A stretch of DNA of 64,000 nucleotides. Source: Parcubacteria group bacterium Gr01-1014_3 (GTDB lineage Bacteria; Patescibacteriota; Minisyncoccia; UBA6257; WO2-44-18). Where the stretch lies: the NCBI GenBank assembly GCA_007376445.1, contig VMGF01000002.1:103928-167927 (forward strand), in the 5' to 3' direction. The translations under genes were made by a program, and so were the position numbers. Positions 49,155-58,087 of the stretch are shown here, in pieces; the first letter of the stretch is position 1; each line of letters starts with the position of its first letter. Under the pieces are notes generated by a model. It did not search any database. It saw only the letters and a program-made list of their open reading frames with translations, and was not told the origin of the DNA.

Positions 49155-50525
49155 ATGATGTTGCGATCGATTAATCCATCGAATTATAAGGTTGTGGGTT
49201 CGGTTAAGGTCTCGACTCCCAAAGAAATTAGCGACAAAGTTCGCCAGGCTCGTCTTTACCAAAAATATTGGTCGGAAATGGGAGCGGCGATGCGAGTTCA
49301 TATGGTGCGTAAAGCGATGGCCGAATTTGAAAAGCGGAAGGACGAAGTGATCAAGCTGGAATCGATGGAGATGGGCAAACCCATTACCGCGGCAGCCAGC
49401 GACTTCAATGACGCGATGGCTTTCGCCAACTGGTACTTGGACAACGCGGAAAAGTGCCTCGCCGCAGAAACGACTTTCGAGGACGAAAAGGAAATTCACC
49501 GGGTTTACCGTGAACCGCTCGGAGTGGCCGCGGTGATTATTCCTTGGAATTACCCGTTCCTGATGTTCGTCTGGACGGTCATTCCCAATCTGCTGGCCGG
49601 TAACTGCGTGGTTCTCAAGCACTCGGAAGAGTGCCCGCTAATAGGAAAGCTCATTGAAGAAGTGATGCATAAGTACGTTCACGTGAGCGCCTTTTCGGAA
49701 GTTTACGGCGGCGGCGAGGTCGGGATGCTGCTAGTTCGGAACGATATTGGTCTCATTTCTTTTACCGGCAGTACTGCAACCGGGAAAAAGCTTTACGAAA
49801 CCGCCGGCCGGAAGTTCATCCGCGCGGTTATGGAAATGGGCGGCTCGGCTCCCGGAATTGTTTTTGAAGATGCCAATATCGATGAGGCAGTCAAAAGCAT
49901 CTGCACTTATCGTTTGACCAATGCCGGTCAGTACTGCGATGGCCTGAAGCGGCTGATGGTTCATCAGGACCGATTTGAAGAGGTGGTCAGTAAGCTCTCC
50001 AATGCCTTCGCGACCCTGTGGGTTGGTCCGGCCGATCTTGAAAGCACCGAGCTGGGTCCTCTCGTCGCGAAACGACAGCTTGATCTCTTGGCAGCGCAAG
50101 TCGCTGATGCTAAGAGGTTGGAAGCTCGCGTAATCACTGGCGGTAAGTCATTGGAATCTGAGCTTGGGGGCGCGTTTTTCCAGCCCACGCTTTTGACCGG
50201 TGTTACTCCGGCAATGAGAGTCTGGAGAGAAGAGGTCTTTGGTCCAGTTCTGCCGGTGGTAAGGTTTAGAACCGAGGACGAGGCGATCTCAATCGCTAAC
50301 GACACAGTCTACGGACTCGGCGGATATGTTTACACCGCGGACATGAACCGGGCGGAGCGAGTGGCCCGCGCGCTCAAGACCGGCATGGTCAGCATCAACG
50401 GCACGAACTACACGACTCCGTTCAACCCCTTTGGCGGCTGGAAGAACTCCGGCATGGGCCGCGAGCATGGCAAGTACGGCTTCCACGAACTGACCCAAAC
50501 CAAGGTAGTCGCGAGAAATAAGTAA
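49155..50525 (+). CDS. NAD(P)-dependent aldehyde dehydrogenase
   Basis: PWNYP, FTGS, EMGG, GQYC, EEVFGP, PFGG.K.SG.GRE. Confidence 0.95.
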   Translation: MMLRSINPSNYKVVGSVKVSTPKEISDKVRQARLYQKYWSEMGAAMRVHMVRKAMAEFEKRKDEVIKLESMEMGKPITAAASDFNDAMAFANWYLDNAEKCLAAETTFEDEKEIHRVYREPLGVAAVIIPWNYPFLMFVWTVIPNLLAGNCVVLKHSEECPLIGKLIEEVMHKYVHVSAFSEVYGGGEVGMLLVRNDIGLISFTGSTATGKKLYETAGRKFIRAVMEMGGSAPGIVFEDANIDEAVKSICTYRLTNAGQYCDGLKRLMVHQDRFEEVVSKLSNAFATLWVGPADLESTELGPLVAKRQLDLLAAQVADAKRLEARVITGGKSLESELGGAFFQPTLLTGVTPAMRVWREEVFGPVLPVVRFRTEDEAISIANDTVYGLGGYVYTADMNRAERVARALKTGMVSINGTNYTTPFNPFGGWKNSGMGREHGKYGFHELTQTKVVARNK

Positions 50526-50607
50526 AAGAAGACACCGGCTGTTTATAAACAGCCGGTTTTTTATTTCGTAAAATCCTTATTCGCTTATTCGCGCGAATTA
50601 GACCGTA

Positions 50608-50643
50608 TAACACTCCAACATTCTTAAGAATGTTGGAGTGTTA
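50608..50643. repeat. Perfect 36-bp palindrome, copy 1
   Basis: TAACACTCCAACATTCTTAAGAATGTTGGAGTGTTA. Confidence 0.9.
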
Positions 50644-50654
50644 ATTGTACGCGT

Positions 50655-52187
50655 TTATTTTAAATCATCCAGAAGCCCCAATTTTACTAGGCGCGACCGA
50701 ATAGCTCCTTTTGTTCTATTAAATAGTGCGGCAAGATCGGCGACAAGTGAACCACCTACAAAAGATCTTCTTAATCTTTCATCTTGCGTTTCATCCCACG
50801 GCAAATAAGCGCTGGGGTGCTTCTCTCTTATTTTTTCATATGACACAAAATTTTTCTGTGCGGATATAGCCACAGGTTCGCCTTCTGCTGCCACGCTAAA
50901 CCTCTGCGCAGCCTTCTCCGACTGCGCTCGGAACTTTGTATCTTTTTCTAATACTTCTGGATGCACCCGAAACGCGAGCTCATTCCAACCAATAATATGA
51001 AGGCCTGAAAGTCTTCTCACGCGTGAAAGCGCGACATAGCCCTGTCCAAATTCAAAAACATCGCTCAAATCCACCACTGCCTCGTCCAAACTTATACCCT
51101 GACTCTTATGTACGGTAATCGCCCACGCAAGACGAAGCGGTAATTGTGTAATGCGCGCTCGAATTGCGCTATTCTCTTCTACTGTCCAATCCGTTGCCCT
51201 GACTTCAATCCGTCGTCCGTTTCTTGCCCTTACAACCGGACATCCGCTCTGCGCGTCAAATTTTTCAACCACGCCCAACGTGCCATTCACAAACCCTTCT
51301 TTCGGATTATTTTTTGTGAACATTACCGCCGCTCCAACTTTGAGATAGAGTGTCTCAGGCGAAAGACAACCCCTCTTAAGCATGGCAACAATTTTTTCTT
51401 GGCCCTGCGCGGACATAGTAAATGCACGAGGATCACCCGAAAGCTTGGCGAGTATTTCATTATTGACGCGATCCACATCAATATTGTGGGAAAAAAGTTT
51501 CGGCGCGCTATCGGGGATGGCGTGATTTGTAATTTTTCTAGCTTTAATGTGCCTTAAGTGTTCGTCGCCAAAAACGTTGCCGCGAATCGCCGAAAGCACG
51601 GCAAGAAAATCGGCATCGTCCTGTCTATGCTGCTCCTCAAGATAACAGACGACCGGCTTCGCTCGCTCCCAGGCGGGCGAGTCATAGGCAAAACCAGCCG
51701 CCGACTCTCGTATGAGAACATTGTCCGCGTTACTTTCCTCTTCAGCTTTAGAAACTGGCGGTAATTGGAAAAAGTCTCCGACTAAAACAATTTGAACTCC
51801 CCCAAAAGGTTCCTGGTTCCGTTTAATTTTGCGGCAAATAACGTCAATCATGGAAAGTGTTCCGGCGGAAAGCATAGAGACTTCGTCTACTATCAGTACT
51901 TGAGCCCGCTGGATGCGTTTTGTGATATTTCTATTTGATGAGATTTTATCAAGATCGTATTGGCTTAATTTAGTTTTAATGCCTATGCCGCTCCAAGAAT
52001 GAATTGTCATTCCTCCGATATGAGTCGCGGCAATACCGGTTGAGGCGGTAATCGCCGGCTCAATGCCCCGCGCGCGCAAATACGCCACATACTCGTTTAC
52101 TGTATGCGTTTTACCAGACCCAGGTTCGCCGGTCAAAAAAACATTAGCTGCCGTCTTCAAAATTGATAATGCTTGGGATTGGGTCAT
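50655..52187 (-). CDS. PIF1-family helicase
   Basis: GEPGSGKT, ASTGIAA, DEVSM, GDFFQLPPV, AITVHKSQG, YVALSR. Confidence 0.92.
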   Translation of the reverse strand: MTQSQALSILKTAANVFLTGEPGSGKTHTVNEYVAYLRARGIEPAITASTGIAATHIGGMTIHSWSGIGIKTKLSQYDLDKISSNRNITKRIQRAQVLIVDEVSMLSAGTLSMIDVICRKIKRNQEPFGGVQIVLVGDFFQLPPVSKAEEESNADNVLIRESAAGFAYDSPAWERAKPVVCYLEEQHRQDDADFLAVLSAIRGNVFGDEHLRHIKARKITNHAIPDSAPKLFSHNIDVDRVNNEILAKLSGDPRAFTMSAQGQEKIVAMLKRGCLSPETLYLKVGAAVMFTKNNPKEGFVNGTLGVVEKFDAQSGCPVVRARNGRRIEVRATDWTVEENSAIRARITQLPLRLAWAITVHKSQGISLDEAVVDLSDVFEFGQGYVALSRVRRLSGLHIIGWNELAFRVHPEVLEKDTKFRAQSEKAAQRFSVAAEGEPVAISAQKNFVSYEKIREKHPSAYLPWDETQDERLRRSFVGGSLVADLAALFNRTKGAIRSRLVKLGLLDDLK

Positions 52188-52188
52188 T

Positions 52189-52548
52189 TTAATCGAAAAC
52201 AGTTACCTCGCCTTTTTCGTATTTCCCAGTCTCCCATCCGCCATATATAAAATGATCGCCATCCTGGTGAAAGTACAACGCGGTAGAACCGTCAATAATA
52301 AGCTGAAAGCCGCGTAAACCCGATTTTGAAGGGATGATATCTATTCGTTCCGTTGCTTGGAAAAATTCACTTGCTTGATTGGCGACGTCCGAATTAACAC
52401 CAAGCTCGCGCGATAGCCGCTTTACGCCGCGAAGAGGCGATACCCTAAGCAATACCCGCGTCCACCAACTCACACCGCCTTCCTTAAGATTTTTTAAATC
52501 AAATTGTATTTTTTTATTCTCGAAATCGAAATCTTCCATATCAGACAT
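52189..52548 (-). CDS. Hypothetical protein
   Basis: ORF 1 bp upstream of PIF1. Confidence 0.6.
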   Translation of the reverse strand: MSDMEDFDFENKKIQFDLKNLKEGGVSWWTRVLLRVSPLRGVKRLSRELGVNSDVANQASEFFQATERIDIIPSKSGLRGFQLIIDGSTALYFHQDGDHFIYGGWETGKYEKGEVTVFD

Positions 52549-52587
52549 TGGTACATTATGCTAATTCGTAAAGCTGTAAGTCAAGGC

Positions 52588-52637
52588 TTCCAATAAACAC
52601 TCTAACATTCTTAAGAATGTTAGAGTGTTTATTGGAA
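52588..52637. repeat. Perfect 50-bp palindrome, copy 2
   Basis: TTCCAATAAACACTCTAACATTCTTAAGAATGTTAGAGTGTTTATTGGAA; overlaps the wHTH stop. Confidence 0.9.
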
Positions 52638-52898
52638 TGTTTTTATGAATTTTATAAATCGTTCTCCGTAGGGTGAAAGTGAATGAATCACATTCCTGCC
52701 TCGGTATTTTTTGTTTACAAGGCCAGCTTGGACCAATCGCCTAGTATGCTCGGAAATGGTTTTGAAATTTTTATTCAAACTTTTAGCAATTCCATCCAGG
52801 TTAATATCAGGGTTTTTAAAAACTAAAAACAATATATCAATCCGGCAATAATTGGCCACGCCCTTGAAATGTCGTTCGAGTTGTTTCGCGCTTCTCAT
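52629..52898 (-). CDS. ArsR-like winged-helix protein
   Basis: FK..AN..R..IL, T.SEH...L..AGLV.....G, LS. Confidence 0.75.
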   Translation of the reverse strand: MRSAKQLERHFKGVANYCRIDILFLVFKNPDINLDGIAKSLNKNFKTISEHTRRLVQAGLVNKKYRGRNVIHSLSPYGERFIKFIKTFQ

Positions 52899-52932
52899 GC
52901 TCCAAATCTTAAAACATTTAGTGTCTTAAAAC

Positions 52933-52966
52933 AACACTCCAACATTCTTAAGAATGTTGGAGTGTT
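52933..52966. repeat. Perfect 34-bp palindrome, copy 3
   Basis: AACACTCCAACATTCTTAAGAATGTTGGAGTGTT. Confidence 0.9.
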
Positions 52967-52987
52967 TAAATGAATTTTCATTAAGCT

Positions 52988-53716
52988 TTAAAAAATGGAG
53001 GGGTAGCCGAGGTAGTACTTGAGGGTGTGGATCCAGTCTTCGTCTTGGCTGCCTTCGGCTTGTTTACTGCCCAGCATCCATTCCAGGTAGCCGCGGTCGG
53101 TTTGGGCCACGTCCGCGATCTTTTTGTCTTTGTGTTTTCCGAAGTTAAATACTCTGAATAATGATGGCCGGCCGGAAATATCAATCATCTTGGCGATGGC
53201 TTCGGGTTCGGAGAGGCCGGTATCCATCATTTTTTTGAGCAGACGGTTAAAAAGCGCGTGGAGGACTTTCACGTCCCCTTCCGCGTCGTGGGCGTTGGCG
53301 TCTTCCACATCCAGTTCCAAAAAATACCGTAAAAAAGATAAATTGTATTCCGGGATCTGATTCTCCGGGTCTAGTTCCCGGGCCACCCGGAAAGTGCAGA
53401 TCCGCTTCGGGATATTCATTCCCTCGGCTTCCAGGATCGCGCAGTCGAATTTCGCATTATGCGCCACCAGGATTCCCCCATCGGTCAGCTTGGCCTGCAA
53501 GTCTTTCATCGTCGCGCTGTCTTTGAATGGCTCCTTATCCGCCAGCATCTTGTTGGTGATATTGGTAATACTCATGGCCTTTATCGACACCGGAATTGGC
53601 GGCTTAAAATAACCTACTTTAACCCCATCGGAAGTTTTGTAGCAAATCTGACAGAGCCTGTCCTTGGCCACATCATTGCCAGTCGTTTCGGTATCTAAAA
53701 AAATAAGTTGGGGCAT
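52988..53716 (-). CDS. DEDDh 3'-5' exonuclease (ExoX-like) with C-terminal FGKHK domain
   Basis: DTETTG, AHNAKFD, AHDAEGD, FGKHK..YL.W. Confidence 0.88.
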   Translation of the reverse strand: MPQLIFLDTETTGNDVAKDRLCQICYKTSDGVKVGYFKPPIPVSIKAMSITNITNKMLADKEPFKDSATMKDLQAKLTDGGILVAHNAKFDCAILEAEGMNIPKRICTFRVARELDPENQIPEYNLSFLRYFLELDVEDANAHDAEGDVKVLHALFNRLLKKMMDTGLSEPEAIAKMIDISGRPSLFRVFNFGKHKDKKIADVAQTDRGYLEWMLGSKQAEGSQDEDWIHTLKYYLGYPSIF

Positions 53717-54519
53717 GCGTTAATTAACTCATTCTACTATTTTCTCTATTTTTGCGAAACGCCAAGAGCGGAAATAATCTTATTCCCCATCTCTTCCGAC
53801 CAGTTCGTTATCGGCGAAAGTTCAAAAATGTGGTTTGTAAGTTTGCTAGCCTCGGTTATAAAAATTCCAGTTTCGCCGGTAATTTTCCCGATTTTTCCAC
53901 CCGCCAAAACCAACATTGCCATCACCCGAACATCTACCCCTTTAGTCTTAAAGAATTTAACCAAAAAATCTTTTTGTCGCGCAGTTTGCCAAACGGGCCT
54001 AGGAAGTTCAAAAAAGTTATACCATCCTCTCTTTTTATGCATGTGCCCTGCTTCAAAATCGAAAACACCAGAATAATTTTTAACCTCAAGAATAATTACG
54101 CCCTTGGGACCGAGTAAAAGCCCATCAATATCACCGATGCGCGTATTGGGGATTATATAATTCGGCACATAGATATAGCTGTCGTCCAAAGTTTCCTTTA
54201 ACATGTTAAGGATTTTTTCTTCGCCTTCCTTACCGGATTGAAATCCAGAAATTTTATCGAACAATGGATCTCCGTATTTTCGGCTAATTAAAATTATGAT
54301 TAAGCCGATAGTAGTAACTACCCACAAATATTTTGATTGACGTAAGGTTGGAATCACCAAGGTCAATGCAATCGTTACCATCACGAAGAGTATCACAAGC
54401 AAAACCGCTGTACCCCAAGGTGCATACTTGCGAAGATTTTTCGAGCTATAAGATTCTTGAAATTGGATAATTTTCATTTTTTAGTTGTTTCGGTATCTAA
54501 AAAAATAAGTTGGGGCATG
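53681..54519 (-). repeat. 37-bp direct repeat of the exonuclease 5' end (53681-53717 and 54483-54519)
   Basis: AGT[C/T]GTTTCGGTATCTAAAAAAATAAGTTGGGGCATG, one mismatch, brackets the NERD gene. Confidence 0.9.
53746..54477 (-). CDS. NERD-domain nuclease with two N-terminal TM helices
   Basis: G..GE, DID.LLLGPKG...LEVKN, P..Q. Confidence 0.85.
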   Translation of the reverse strand: MKIIQFQESYSSKNLRKYAPWGTAVLLVILFVMVTIALTLVIPTLRQSKYLWVVTTIGLIIILISRKYGDPLFDKISGFQSGKEGEEKILNMLKETLDDSYIYVPNYIIPNTRIGDIDGLLLGPKGVIILEVKNYSGVFDFEAGHMHKKRGWYNFFELPRPVWQTARQKDFLVKFFKTKGVDVRVMAMLVLAGGKIGKITGETGIFITEASKLTNHIFELSPITNWSEEMGNKIISALGVSQK

Positions 54520-54521
54520 GT

Positions 54522-55070
54522 TTATTTTGGGTTTGGTTGTTGCTTCTCTGTAAGTTTAATATATTCAACAAGCTTTGCGCCATCAATAAGCTCTATACCA
54601 ACCCTGTTGGCAAAAATTCTAGCCGTATGAATAAATCCATAAGTGAAATAACTGGTGGTGACGAAAATTCCTTTGGCGTCGGGATGATCAGCCTTGAGTG
54701 CCCCGAAGAACTCCCTCACCTGCTGTACGCGCACAGGGTGTTTAAGTCCGTATTTTTTGACCTGAATATAATAAATTTGACTATCCTTCTCTGCCTTCAC
54801 ATCAAATCCACCATCGGCCTGATGAACTCCGCCAATAACCTGAACATTCTCATATCCCATTTTTTTAAAAAGCATACCAATATAATCTTCAAATTCTTCT
54901 GGGTGCAATTTATGTATAAGGTCACCGAGGGTCTTTTGGCTGGCCAGCCACTTCTTATATCGCCTGTAGCGAAAATAGCCAACGATCAATCCAACTGCAA
55001 TGAACGGCACCAAGACATAAACAAAGGGTTTAATTGCGGCCAGCAAGACGGCCTGAGGAAGTTCGATCAT
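54522..55070 (-). CDS. Mrr-like restriction endonuclease with N-terminal TM
   Basis: EFE, DGGFD, QVK, V.EF.G, TTS.FT, LIDG. Confidence 0.87.
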   Translation of the reverse strand: MIELPQAVLLAAIKPFVYVLVPFIAVGLIVGYFRYRRYKKWLASQKTLGDLIHKLHPEEFEDYIGMLFKKMGYENVQVIGGVHQADGGFDVKAEKDSQIYYIQVKKYGLKHPVRVQQVREFFGALKADHPDAKGIFVTTSYFTYGFIHTARIFANRVGIELIDGAKLVEYIKLTEKQQPNPK

Positions 55071-55091
55071 ATGTATATCTTACTATAAAAT

Positions 55092-55119
55092 TTGCGCCCT
55101 CGGCAGGGATCGAACCCGC
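55092..55119 (-). pseudogene. tRNA 3'-end fragment (att-like)
   Basis: GCGGG-TTCGATC-CCTGC T arm plus CGAGGGC G acceptor strand; no D or anticodon arm upstream. Confidence 0.6.
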
Positions 55120-55350
55120 AAAATCGGGATAGCCAAACTTAAGCTACTGCCAAGAATTTTAAAACCGCCATTGGGCCCAATGGCGGTTTTAGGACGGAAT
55201 CAGTCGATGTATCACGAACAATCTTTTCTAAGACCCCTCTAAAGCAATCGCGTCAGATTTGTCAGAAAATTAAGATCGTCTGAGTAAGGAAATATTCTAA
55301 TTCTTGAGGTGAGTTGCTCGATTGGTACCTAGCTTTCATCCGACCCATAA

Positions 55351-55659
55351 TCACTTACCAAGTTTGTTGTATTTCGGTTTATATCTCGAAATTTCCGAAG
55401 CCTCAAAATCTTCAGCTTCTTGAGCGTTATCGCAAAGATGATAGCCGAAATGCGTTACGCCTGGCCAGTAATCACCTCGAAGATGGTCAAGCAGCCTACC
55501 TCGGATGCCGTCTTCGCTAACTGCCCTTCCGATGTAAAGAGGTATTAGGCCGCCATCCGTTGTTATCAAGCCGCAATAATAAACACCGATATGGTATGAA
55601 TTCAAATTACGTACGGTATCATCATTGTAGCTATAATGCCCACTATAATCGTTCACCAT
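55351..55659 (-). CDS. GIY-YIG nuclease-like protein
   Basis: GVY..YIG, R...H, E...I...P.YN. Confidence 0.78.
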   Translation of the reverse strand: MVNDYSGHYSYNDDTVRNLNSYHIGVYYCGLITTDGGLIPLYIGRAVSEDGIRGRLLDHLRGDYWPGVTHFGYHLCDNAQEAEDFEASEISRYKPKYNKLGK

Positions 55660-55865
55660 TATTGTTATTTCATCTCTTCTTATTATTCTCCGGCTCGACG
55701 AACCTTCGCGGCGCATTAAGAGAAAATGCTCGGTGAACCAGCTGTGGTCACTCTATAATTTTCTAAAATAACGTGGGCTATGTCAAATAGTATTGTGAAT
55801 ATGATGTGTATGATCTGGGGATAATTTTTCCTTGACGGTTTGCCTACGCTTGGTAAATTTACTAT

Positions 55866-56498
55866 ATGCATAACCTACAAATCAAATTATTAAAAATCCT
55901 TGGGAAGATAGATTTTTCCAAAGAAAGCCTGCGGAGTATCGCCAAAATGGTGGGCGAAAAATATCCACAAAAGATAAAGCACCATATTACCCAGTTAGAG
56001 AAAAAGTATCTAATCTCCGTAGACTGGCAGAATAAGCGGATCACAAAGACCGATCCGAAAAAAATGAATAACTCTCCCCTACTCTCGATCCCGATCGTAG
56101 GTATGGCCAACTGCGGCCCAGCCCTGGTCTTTTCCGAGCAGAATATCGAAGGCTTCGTAAAAATTTCCAAAGTGATCCTCGGTCTCAAAGCGATTGGCGA
56201 CTTCTTCGCTATCCGCGCTTCCGGTAATTCGATGAATCGCGCGAAGGTGGCCGGCAAAAGCATTGAAGACGGCGATCTAGTCATAGTTGATCCTCGGCTC
56301 AAAGAACCCCGCAATGGCGACTATGTTCTTTCTATTATCGACAATGTCGGCAACATCAAAAAATTCTTCCGTGACGCCAAAAATAAGCTAGTCATGCTGC
56401 TCTCCGAATCCACCGAAGACTATCCTCCAATCTATATATCCCCTCGTGAAGACTACTTCGTAAGCGGAAAGGTCATCTATGTAATAAAAAAGAGCTAG
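55866..56498 (+). CDS. LexA/S24-family repressor
   Basis: N-terminal wHTH, ANCG cleavage site, GNSM Ser and IKK Lys. Confidence 0.85.
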   Translation: MHNLQIKLLKILGKIDFSKESLRSIAKMVGEKYPQKIKHHITQLEKKYLISVDWQNKRITKTDPKKMNNSPLLSIPIVGMANCGPALVFSEQNIEGFVKISKVILGLKAIGDFFAIRASGNSMNRAKVAGKSIEDGDLVIVDPRLKEPRNGDYVLSIIDNVGNIKKFFRDAKNKLVMLLSESTEDYPPIYISPREDYFVSGKVIYVIKKS

Positions 56499-56581
56499 TT
56501 TTCGTTCAACCGATAACTATTTTGAAAAAAATGATCCAGCTTAATTTATTTAGCAGTAGGTCATTATTGTATAATGAGTAC

Positions 56582-57415
56582 ATGGAGCTGGATCAATATT
56601 TCACTAAGTCTGATGTAGCTAACCGGTGTCTTGAGCTTCTTTATGACAAGCTCCCAGGAATTCGAAATAAGTCCTTTATAGAGCCGTCAGCTGGCAATGG
56701 GTCTTTTTATTCAATTTTGCCAAAATCACGAAGAATTGGCTTAGATATTGCTCCCCAGTCGCCTGATATTAAAAGGGCAGATTTTTTGAGCTGGGAACCT
56801 AAAAGAAGCTCTCAGGATAAATATGTGATAGTCGGGAACCCTCCATTTGGACACCGCTCCAAGCTAGCTATAGATTTTTTTAATCATTCAGCAGATATCG
56901 CAAACACGATTGCTTTTATCGTACCTCGTCAATTCGAAAAATATTCTGTTCACTCAAAATTAAACAAAGACTTTAGACTTATCCACAGCCAAGAATTGGC
57001 CGAAAATTCATTCTACACTCCAAGTGGCAAGGATTTTGCCGTACGATGCGTTTTCCAAGTTTGGACTCGCAATGAAACAGAGCATGAAAACATGCGCATA
57101 CTTGAAGCGCCTCCAATCGTCCACCCCGACTTTGAGATGTACCAGTACAACAACACCCCAGATGCGCTAAAGTTTTTTGATAAAGACTGGGACTTTGCCG
57201 TTCCTAGGCAGGGCTATGAAGATTATACAAGGCGCGAAAAGCATAAAAATCGCTGCGAACTTAATAAGCAGTGGATAATGTTTAAGGTAAAAACGGAACA
57301 GGCTCGAGATAGACTGTTCAATTTTGACTTCTTTTCGCTTGCCAAGAAGAACACGATGGTTTATGGTTTCGGCAAAGCCGACGTCGTAATGGAATACAGC
57401 AAGCGTTATGATTAA
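56582..57415 (+). CDS. Amino (N6A/N4C) DNA methyltransferase
   Basis: DQYFT, EPSAGNG and GNPPFG motifs. Confidence 0.87.
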   Translation: MELDQYFTKSDVANRCLELLYDKLPGIRNKSFIEPSAGNGSFYSILPKSRRIGLDIAPQSPDIKRADFLSWEPKRSSQDKYVIVGNPPFGHRSKLAIDFFNHSADIANTIAFIVPRQFEKYSVHSKLNKDFRLIHSQELAENSFYTPSGKDFAVRCVFQVWTRNETEHENMRILEAPPIVHPDFEMYQYNNTPDALKFFDKDWDFAVPRQGYEDYTRREKHKNRCELNKQWIMFKVKTEQARDRLFNFDFFSLAKKNTMVYGFGKADVVMEYSKRYD

Positions 57416-58082
57416 CTCTTTATTTGAATCTATTCGAGATGACAAACAACTCTATCTAAATGCCCGCGAAGGAAGTGAATTTGAAGATAGGGTTGTTTAC
57501 TATTTAAAAAGCACCCTTGGCCTAACCCGCATCCTAAGACGGGACGTTGTGGCAAAAGACTGGGCGGCAATCAGTAGCCAGCTGGCTAATAAATTTGGCA
57601 CAGAATACCTTAACTTGCCCAATAAAAAGCTTAGAAAAACATTCATCTACCAACCACGCGGAAAACAAGAGTTTCCAGACATTATTGTTTTTAGTGATAA
57701 AAAAGTCATACCTATTGAGATAAAGTTCTCAGCTAATAGCCAGACGAAACCCATGTGGAATAGTAATGTTCCTAGGGCTAATGCTTTTTATATTTTTGGA
57801 TCATATGGGTTACAGGACATAACTTTCTTTTGTGGTGATAGCATCATTAGTCCAAAACACAGGGAAAGGCTGTATGGATTTTTTGATGATATCAAGAAGC
57901 TAGAGGATGAGATCAGAACTAAAATGCCTGAGCTGGATACAACGGACCGAGGATTTACTCCTTATATTAGAGCGGCATTCGATCAAAAAAAGCACAAGGA
58001 TACGGTAGTAACAAACTTCTTCACTCATCCGAAGCGGATTGAGGCAGAGAATTTAGCAATCGAAAAGCTGAAAGCCCTATAG
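57408..58082 (+). CDS. Putative type II restriction endonuclease
   Basis: FE..., FPD...IEIK PD-(D/E)xK motif, P.WNS; overlaps the MTase. Confidence 0.72.
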   Translation: MINSLFESIRDDKQLYLNAREGSEFEDRVVYYLKSTLGLTRILRRDVVAKDWAAISSQLANKFGTEYLNLPNKKLRKTFIYQPRGKQEFPDIIVFSDKKVIPIEIKFSANSQTKPMWNSNVPRANAFYIFGSYGLQDITFFCGDSIISPKHRERLYGFFDDIKKLEDEIRTKMPELDTTDRGFTPYIRAAFDQKKHKDTVVTNFFTHPKRIEAENLAIEKLKAL

Positions 58083-58087
58083 GGAGC

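Noticed and set aside
50608-52966. Palindromes as CRISPR repeats or ordinary terminators
   Set aside because: Spacing is irregular and gene-sized; they are loopless AT-rich palindromes without U-tracts
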